Positions 7,727-13,436 of a DNA stretch of 13,436 nt are shown here, in pieces. The stretch is taken from positions 1-13,436 of the forward strand of contig JBEQLE010000095.1 in assembly GCA_040326155.1 (NCBI GenBank), given 5' to 3'. The notes below the pieces were generated by a model that was given only the letters and a program-made list of their open reading frames with translations, had not been told where the DNA came from and did no database searches. Made by a program: the position numbers and the translations under genes. The DNA comes from Leptospirales bacterium. GTDB taxonomy: Bacteria > Spirochaetota > Leptospiria > Turneriellales > JAOUFE01. The first letter of the stretch is position 1. Each line of letters begins with the position of its first letter.

Positions 7727-8746
7727 TTAAAAAGCAACGCGTAAACCGCCAAGAATTCCATAAGAATCGGATGACGGAGCCCAGTTAAACTGAGTTACCA
7801 GTTTGACTGCAAAAATGTTGATCTGTACGCCGCCAAAAAGACGATAATCGACGGCTGTGGGTTGAATCGTTTTCGTTGTTTTAACCCAGGCAGTTCCGTT
7901 TGATTCTTTAAAACCACCTTCTGCTTTTACAGTGAAGTCGGTACTTCCAAAGTTGAAATCTAAACCCAGGCCACCGAAAAAGGTTATAAAAATGAGGTCG
8001 AAACTGGATGAAACTTCTACCGGTATAGACGAAACATCACTTTGCGAAGACATCGTCGCTTTCGGTTGCCATGTAAGCCCACTGGTTACCTGATAGTTGC
8101 CAAGAGCGACTTTACTAAACGAAACATCCATGGTGGTCAATCGATACCCCGTGGTAACACGAAGTCCACCCCAGGTCATTAACCCTGGTACAATGGGAAC
8201 ATCGTCAAGTATCGAATACTGGATGTTAATTCCAAAGTTGAGGAAACTTATACTGCCTACATTAGATAAAGGTAAAGTCATAGCCATAAAATTGATATAC
8301 ACCTTCATTTTACTTAAAAAAGGAACAGGTAATACGCCCAGATTCATTCCTGCCATAATGCTCAAGTTGCTGCCGACACCTTCGACAGAACCCGGACCCT
8401 TAGAAAACAGGTCGGTATAGGAACCTGTGCTGTCCGAGATACCTAAACTATAATCAAAACCGAAAACAGCGACTTTGGGGCCGGGGCCATAACTTACACC
8501 TAAGCCATTCGTACTTGCAAGCGCTGCGCCAGGCATACCTGCCGCGAAAGAGGCATAAGAGTTAGTGAGGTCACCGGACTCGGTATTAGCTGCCTCGTCA
8601 TCGAAATAGGTATCAAAGGCAGCTTGTTCACCTGCGGTGAGTCCACTATAACCATAAGTTGTTTTTGCTGAAAGAGAAAATGTTGAAAATGTGAAAATGG
8701 CAGCAAAAATAGTCACTGCTTTCATAAATTTAAGAATAGATTGCAT
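7727..8746 (-). CDS. Predicted outer-membrane beta-barrel surface protein, resembling the Leptospira Lsa36 family
   Basis: Signal peptide (KFMKAVTIFAAIFTFSTFSLSA), Gly/aromatic-rich alternating beta-strands, and C-terminal Phe (GLRVAF). ATG 8746 follows an AAGGA RBS. The family name is from recollection only. Confidence 0.65.
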   Translation of the reverse strand: MQSILKFMKAVTIFAAIFTFSTFSLSAKTTYGYSGLTAGEQAAFDTYFDDEAANTESGDLTNSYASFAAGMPGAALASTNGLGVSYGPGPKVAVFGFDYSLGISDSTGSYTDLFSKGPGSVEGVGSNLSIMAGMNLGVLPVPFLSKMKVYINFMAMTLPLSNVGSISFLNFGINIQYSILDDVPIVPGLMTWGGLRVTTGYRLTTMDVSFSKVALGNYQVTSGLTWQPKATMSSQSDVSSIPVEVSSSFDLIFITFFGGLGLDFNFGSTDFTVKAEGGFKESNGTAWVKTTKTIQPTAVDYRLFGGVQINIFAVKLVTQFNWAPSSDSYGILGGLRVAF

Positions 8747-8785
8747 AAAGGTTCCTTTCATATATTTTATAAGTCTCTAGAATAC

Positions 8786-8814
8786 ATAGTATGATAGTTT
8801 TAACGTGGTGTCAA
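8786..8814 (-). promoter_or_regulatory. Near-consensus sigma70 promoter for the OMP gene
   Basis: Minus strand TTGACA (8814-8809), 17 nt, TACTAT (8791-8786). Confidence 0.75.
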
Positions 8815-8821
8815 AAAAAAA

Positions 8822-9304
8822 TTATGCTTGTTCTCGTTTTTCTATTTCGTCCCAGATTGCTTTCGGGTCGTCTAAATTGATAATAGTATTGCGAAAATCG
8901 GGGTCATTTGTAAGTTTAGTAATATTTGCCAACGTCTGAATGTGCTTTTCAAACTGCTTATCGGGTAGTAAAATTAAGAAAACAATAAAAATATCGTTAT
9001 TATCGATAGATTCAAAATCAATGCCATTTTTTAGAATACACATTGCCCCAAGGGTCTTTTTTAAAAAGGGGATAGAAGAGTGAGGAATAGCAATACCGTG
9101 ACCGATACCGGTTGTCATCGATTTTTCCCTCTCTATGAGCAGGTTTAAAGCGATTTTTTGTTTTTCTTGTGCATGTGAGGTTCCTGAGAATAGAAAACTA
9201 TTCAGGTTTTTAATCAGTTTCCATTTGTCTTGGTGTTTAGGGGGGTCGCTATCGGGCCAGCCGATACAGATGCGTTCGACCGGCACGAGAGAGGAAACTT
9301 TCAT
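8822..9304 (-). CDS. PTS EIIA component, nitrogen-regulatory (PtsN)/fructose-type
   Basis: EREKSMTTGIGHGIAIPH with the phospho-acceptor His, GIDFESID and HIQTLANI. Confidence 0.9.
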   Translation of the reverse strand: MKVSSLVPVERICIGWPDSDPPKHQDKWKLIKNLNSFLFSGTSHAQEKQKIALNLLIEREKSMTTGIGHGIAIPHSSIPFLKKTLGAMCILKNGIDFESIDNNDIFIVFLILLPDKQFEKHIQTLANITKLTNDPDFRNTIINLDDPKAIWDEIEKREQA

Positions 9305-9326
9305 CGGTTAAATAACCTGTCGCAGA

Positions 9327-9608
9327 TTATTCTGTCTCCGCAAGTGAGTAAATTTCGTCTTTTACCGGAAGTTCTCTTCTAAGATTTTTAATAAAGGGGT
9401 TGGTCTCTCCCATTGGGGAGTAATCAGGACAGTCAGTCTGAACCCTACGGGCTACCGTGAAAAACTTATACTGCTTTTCTTCTCCAGAGCGTTTAGCCCA
9501 TCTCTTTTTGGAACATTTAACCCGCAATACATACTTGGTATTGTCAGACTCAAATACACGAATAACTTCACAATGTTCACAATTAGCGCAATATACTTTT
9601 TCTTTCAT
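9327..9608 (-). CDS. Cys-rich small hypothetical protein (spirochaete-type)
   Basis: 93 aa with CANCEHC plus two further Cys, and an AGGAG RBS upstream. GEEKQYKFFTVARR...CPDY resembles a conserved spirochaete hypothetical (recollection). Confidence 0.8.
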   Translation of the reverse strand: MKEKVYCANCEHCEVIRVFESDNTKYVLRVKCSKKRWAKRSGEEKQYKFFTVARRVQTDCPDYSPMGETNPFIKNLRRELPVKDEIYSLAETE

Positions 9609-9800
9609 TCAAATGACTCCTAGCGTATGAACTTTTATAAAACGAATAATCGAGACATTGTGTCAAGGTTTTTATCGTAAATAGGCTTACAATTTCAGCT
9701 AATACATTTTATATTGCGGTCGATATAAAAATAGAACCCGTATATTTAAAGAAGAGATACGGAAAATATAGAAAATAGATAAGGCGAAAAAGGGAAGAGA

Positions 9801-10625
9801 ATGGATAGTACAATATATCTTGCAGATTGTTTTGAATATATAAAGCAAATGGAGAGTGAGTCGGTTGATCTGGTGATTGCCGATGGTCCTTACGCTGTTA
9901 CCACTCATGATTGGGATAAAATTAAGTGCATTCAGGATTTTAATCTGAACTTAATAAAAGAGCTTTCTCGTATTATGAAGCCGGGCGCGGGTCTTTACCT
10001 TTTCGGGAAGCATGATGCCATCGATTTTATCGATTATCGAGAATATATGAAGCTCAATACTCGTATTGTATGGTACCAGCCTTCTCGTCTGGCGCAGGGG
10101 CGAACTAATTATACCGATAACTATGATGTTATATATTATTTTTCAAAAGGAAAGGCAAACTCTTTTAACCTGGACGATATTCGCGTTCCTCAGCTTGTTG
10201 AATTAGCACATCGTAAACGGTGTGAGAATGTTCCCTCGGTTAAAAACGGTAAGTTTAAAAAGACACGCTTTAACCCGAAAGGGAAAAATCCTGGTAATGT
10301 CTGGGGTGATATTAAACAGCTTACTTATAAATCGGGAGAGCTTTTAAGCCGCAGTGTTTTAAATACTATACAGAAACCTGAGAAATTAATTGAGAGGTTG
10401 ATTAAAGCCAGTTCGAAACCTGGTGATTTAATTTTTGATCCTTTTGCCGGTACAGGCACCGCCATGAAAATTGGGGCCAGGCTCGGGCGAAAGACGATTG
10501 GATGTGAGTTGAACCCTGAACTTGCTTTAGCCGCCTATTATAGAACACGCGATGTCACCGACGCCGTTAGTCTTGATTTTAGATATAGCGCCGGCTTAGT
10601 TGGTAGAAATACTGTTCAAGCGTAG
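9801..10625 (+). CDS. Beta-class N6-adenine/N4-cytosine DNA methyltransferase, orphan
   Basis: Motif IV region (SVDLVIADGPY) precedes motif I (DPFAGTGT). FNLDDIRVP, GKNPGNVW and QKPEKLIERLIKASS resemble YhdJ/M.RsrI-like enzymes. Confidence 0.9.
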   Translation: MDSTIYLADCFEYIKQMESESVDLVIADGPYAVTTHDWDKIKCIQDFNLNLIKELSRIMKPGAGLYLFGKHDAIDFIDYREYMKLNTRIVWYQPSRLAQGRTNYTDNYDVIYYFSKGKANSFNLDDIRVPQLVELAHRKRCENVPSVKNGKFKKTRFNPKGKNPGNVWGDIKQLTYKSGELLSRSVLNTIQKPEKLIERLIKASSKPGDLIFDPFAGTGTAMKIGARLGRKTIGCELNPELALAAYYRTRDVTDAVSLDFRYSAGLVGRNTVQA

Positions 10626-11673
10626 TAAAACGATCTACCTGCGGGTACATTCTGTAATAATGCCCCGACCCCCTCAGGTGGGTTTTATATTTAAAGTGAG
10701 TGCCGTCTCGTCCAAATACTTCCGGTAGATTTTCGTCAAATAAAAACTTGTAAACGGTTTCTATGATGCCGTATACGTCCCCGGTTTTGTTTTCGAGTAT
10801 AGTATGGTTGTGAGTCGTCTTTTGTACAAGTGGGTGGGTTCCCGCATAGGCATATGTTTTGGCAAAGCCCAAATGCAAAACTCCCGGAAAACCCAGGCCG
10901 TCTGCCACCAGTTGCATATTTTTAATTTTGTTGTTTTTGGCGCTCTGGGCGAAATGCTCCCAGGAACCCCTGCCTGCGTCAATGGAAAATACAACTTTCG
11001 GTGTCAAACCCCGGTGTTGCAGTGGCCAAAGGGACGTGTCGGCGCACCAGATGACTTTTTTTGTTTGCAGTTGGTCGTATTGCTCATCTACGGAGGGACC
11101 ACCCAGGACAATGGCATCTGGTTTTTCTGTTTTTAATGTAGCTATGTCTTCTACCTGTAGCCACCAATCGCGGTTTCTATGAAAGTTGTATTCCCAGACT
11201 TTTTCGAAATGTTCGATTGTTTTTATTCGAACTGCAGAGTTTTCAAACTCATGTTGAAAAAATTCCTGAAGGCCGAAATCTTTTAATACGGGGTGAATTT
11301 CAATTCGATAGGAATCTGTTCTTTGTATATTGCGTAGAAAATATATCCATTTAGAATGACTGTTTATAATATGTATGTTTGGTTCTGTAAAATCGGCTAC
11401 CGATATCCAGAAAATACGTTTTTGTTCATTTATAGAAAGGTGAGTGGCGATCTTTTTATGAAAGGGGGCAGCCCAGATCAGTTTTTTATCTACAGGACAA
11501 GCCTGTATTTTCTTTTTAAGAATTTTCGCTTCGCGTTCCAAAGATCGCGTTGTGTAGCATTTTATCTTTTTTTGGTCCGCAAGTATATAGTAGGTTTTGC
11601 CGGGGTTTTCTTTTGAGCTACCCGTTGGGCTCTCGGTAAAAGTTTCCGGACTGAATTTGTTAAATAAATCCAT
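10579..11673 (-). CDS. Motility-associated factor (Maf)/DUF115, MptE-like domain protein
   Basis: W..NF..N followed by AIVLGGPSVD, IWCADTSL...L...GLTPKVVFSIDAG and ..GRD, the core pattern of DUF115/Maf proteins. Confidence 0.7.
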   Translation of the reverse strand: MDLFNKFSPETFTESPTGSSKENPGKTYYILADQKKIKCYTTRSLEREAKILKKKIQACPVDKKLIWAAPFHKKIATHLSINEQKRIFWISVADFTEPNIHIINSHSKWIYFLRNIQRTDSYRIEIHPVLKDFGLQEFFQHEFENSAVRIKTIEHFEKVWEYNFHRNRDWWLQVEDIATLKTEKPDAIVLGGPSVDEQYDQLQTKKVIWCADTSLWPLQHRGLTPKVVFSIDAGRGSWEHFAQSAKNNKIKNMQLVADGLGFPGVLHLGFAKTYAYAGTHPLVQKTTHNHTILENKTGDVYGIIETVYKFLFDENLPEVFGRDGTHFKYKTHLRGSGHYYRMYPQVDRFTTLEQYFYQLSRRYI

Positions 11674-11726
11674 ATTATGGCCGTTACATGGCCGCGTGCT
11701 ACCAGTATTACTGCAAAGAATGTTCT

Positions 11727-12086
11727 TTATTCGACGTAGTAAAGCTCAATGGCATTGCCAGCCGGGTCAGAGATAATAACATTTTCGCCATTTTCTGTTT
11801 CTATTGGACCAGACAGGATAGCAATTTCATTTGTTTCGAGTACTTGCAAACCTTCTGTAAAATCGTCTATATCTAATATAAAAGACAGAGCGGGGTATTC
11901 TGGATTTGTTGAGGCCGTTTCGCTTTTTACCAGTTTTATTTTCAGCTGTTCATCAAATGTGATGGTCGCTTCGTTTTCGTTACTTTCTACGCATTCAAAG
12001 TCTAGAAAAACCGTATAAAACTCAATAGATTTCTCTAAGTCCTTTGCCGCGATGTTGATATGGTCTAATGCCTCAATTACAATCAT
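11727..12086 (-). CDS. VOC family (glyoxalase/bleomycin resistance) protein
   Basis: LDHINIAAKDLEKSIEFY...LDF and SDPAGNAIELY. AAGGGA RBS. Confidence 0.9.
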   Translation of the reverse strand: MIVIEALDHINIAAKDLEKSIEFYTVFLDFECVESNENEATITFDEQLKIKLVKSETASTNPEYPALSFILDIDDFTEGLQVLETNEIAILSGPIETENGENVIISDPAGNAIELYYVE

Positions 12087-12145
12087 AGTGTCCCTTTTTT
12101 GTCAAAATCTTGATTTAAAATGTGTTTACAAGCGTTTTTTGTATT

Positions 12146-12190
12146 TTGGGTAAACAACTCGTCTATTATATAATGGTTTTGAAAGGAGGT
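12146..12190 (+). promoter_or_regulatory. Promoter and RBS of sucB
   Basis: TTGGGT (12146-12151), 17 nt, TATAAT (12169-12174). AAAGGAGGT ends 5 nt before ATG 12196. Confidence 0.6.
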
Positions 12191-12195
12191 ACATT

Positions 12196-13436
12196 ATGGA
12201 CAATTTAGCTGAGATTATGGTTCCTGAAATGGGAGAGTCGATTGTGGAAGCGACAATTGCATCCTGGTTTCGACATGAAGGTGACCAGGTAAAAGAAGAC
12301 GAGGCTTTATGTGAATTAGAGACCGATAAAGTGACTTTCGAGGTGAATGCCCCTGTTTCTGGTGTTTTGCAAAAAATATACTATAAAACAGGAAGCACCG
12401 TTTCCGTAAAAGAAAAAATCGGTGAAATTGTACCGGGCGATGAAAAAACAGAAACAGGGGAAAAAAACTCGCCGGAAGTTATTTCAGAATCTATTTCGAA
12501 ACAACCGCCTCCTGAATTCTCCGATTTACCGCCAGCAGCTCGAAAGCTAGCCCATGAAAAGCATGTGCATCTTGAGCAGGTATCCGGTTCCGGTAGAAAC
12601 GGTAAAATAACGAAATCTGACCTTGTGAATTATCTGAACAAAGAGACTGCGCAGCCGGAACAGAAGAAAGCGGTCGAACCTGTCAAGCCTGTCGAACTTA
12701 CCGAAGTTAGTGAGTCGCATGAATCGGATGTTTCTGTAGTTCCGATGAGTCCAATTCGAAAAACTATTTCGGAACATCTTTTACGAGCAAAGTCGGAATC
12801 TGCGATTTTAACCACTTTTAACGAGATTGATATGCATCATGTTATTGCGTTACGAGACCGTTACCGCGATAAATTTTTGGAACTTCATGGTGTAAAACTC
12901 GGGTTTATGGGTTTTTTCACATTGGCCACAGTTGCCGCCTTAAAAGAGTTTCCAGCTTTAAATGCTCGCATTGAAGGTGATAATATTATTTATAATAACA
13001 AACACCATATTGGTATTGCCGTAGGTGGCCCGAAAGGGCTGGTGGTTCCCGTGGTCAGAAATACCGGTGGGTTAAAACTATTTGAAATTGAAAAAGAGAT
13101 TGTCCGTCTGGCCTCCAAGGTTCGAGATGGTAAAATAAAACTGGACGAGCTGCAAGGTGGAACATTCAGTATTACCAACGGGGGAGTGTATGGCTCCATG
13201 CTTTCGACGCCTATACTCAACCACCCGCAAAGCGGAATATTGGGTTTGCATAACATTGTAAAAAGGCCCGTGGTCATAAATGACGAAATAGTCATTCGCC
13301 CTGTAATGTATGCGGCTGTTTCCTACGATCACCGAATGGTAGACGGCAAAGAATTCGAAATTTCCCGCAGGGAACCTGGAGAATATTTCGGCGAGATCGC
13401 CCTCCTGCAGAATCGTCCCCGCACCGCAACCATCAC
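12196..13436 (+). CDS. sucB: 2-oxoglutarate dehydrogenase E2, dihydrolipoamide succinyltransferase. Open to the right edge, with non-SucB sequence after about 13353
   Basis: Absent from the ORF track. Manual translation: [20 protein letters not shown], lipoyl ELETDKV, E3-binding PPAARKL...[55 protein letters not shown] and catalytic [11 protein letters not shown]. Confidence 0.93.
   Translation, partial: MDNLAEIMVPEMGESIVEATIASWFRHEGDQVKEDEALCELETDKVTFEVNAPVSGVLQKIYYKTGSTVSVKEKIGEIVPGDEKTETGEKNSPEVISESISKQPPPEFSDLPPAARKLAHEKHVHLEQVSGSGRNGKITKSDLVNYLNKETAQPEQKKAVEPVKPVELTEVSESHESDVSVVPMSPIRKTISEHLLRAKSESAILTTFNEIDMHHVIALRDRYRDKFLELHGVKLGFMGFFTLATVAALKEFPALNARIEGDNIIYNNKHHIGIAVGGPKGLVVPVVRNTGGLKLFEIEKEIVRLASKVRDGKIKLDELQGGTFSITNGGVYGSMLSTPILNHPQSGILGLHNIVKRPVVINDEIVIRPVMYAAVSYDHRMVDGKEFEISRREPGEYFGEIALLQNRPRTATI

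Noticed and set aside
9699..9908. 69-aa minus-strand ORF
   Set aside because: It is antisense to the MTase start and covers an AT-rich promoter region.
5488..10625. Nuclease plus two methyltransferases as a defence or restriction-modification system
   Set aside because: The nuclease is an ordinary beta-CASP RNase, the genes are not co-oriented as an operon, and there is no REase, ATPase or mobile-element context.
11677..11694. ATGGCCG direct repeat upstream of the Maf-like gene
   Set aside because: Two 7-mers are too short to distinguish from chance. There is no sigma54 consensus match.
12547..13332. Four minus-strand ORFs in the track
   Set aside because: They are antisense shadows of sucB.
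13351..13356. EcoRI site (GAATTC) at the sucB/cNMP junction as a ligation artefact
   Set aside because: Several GAATTC sites occur within intact genes in the window (for example 5891 and 7753), and the left junction has none. Microhomology is the simpler explanation.
1..13436. CRISPR array, tRNA/rRNA, IS or transposase
   Set aside because: No regularly spaced repeats, RNA-gene signatures or transposase/integrase motifs were seen.

Overview
This 13.4 kb window is mostly housekeeping DNA, probably from a spirochaete of the Leptospiraceae type (inferred from GyrA AAAYRYTE, a spirochaete-type Cys-rich small protein and an Lsa36-like outer-membrane protein). The genes, in order, are: a DUF6326-like membrane protein, a short tail-less SSB, a stand-alone gyrA, an AstE/AspA-family hydrolase, a class I SAM methyltransferase, a beta-CASP nuclease, a predicted beta-barrel OMP, a PtsN-like EIIA, a Cys-rich small protein, an orphan beta-class DNA methyltransferase with a DGPY motif, a Maf/DUF115 protein, a VOC protein and sucB (missed by the ORF track). 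Both window ends carry in-frame chimeras. On the left, a YbaB/EbfC-like N-terminus runs into a higher-GC glycerol ABC substrate-binding protein. On the right, SucB switches at DGKE into a cNMP-binding domain. Both are most likely assembly misjoins. The AT-rich 480-930 interval holds a degenerate attC-like inverted repeat, a possible HTH remnant and a perfect 23-bp palindrome. I found no convincing large novel system. All family calls come from motif recognition, not database searches.
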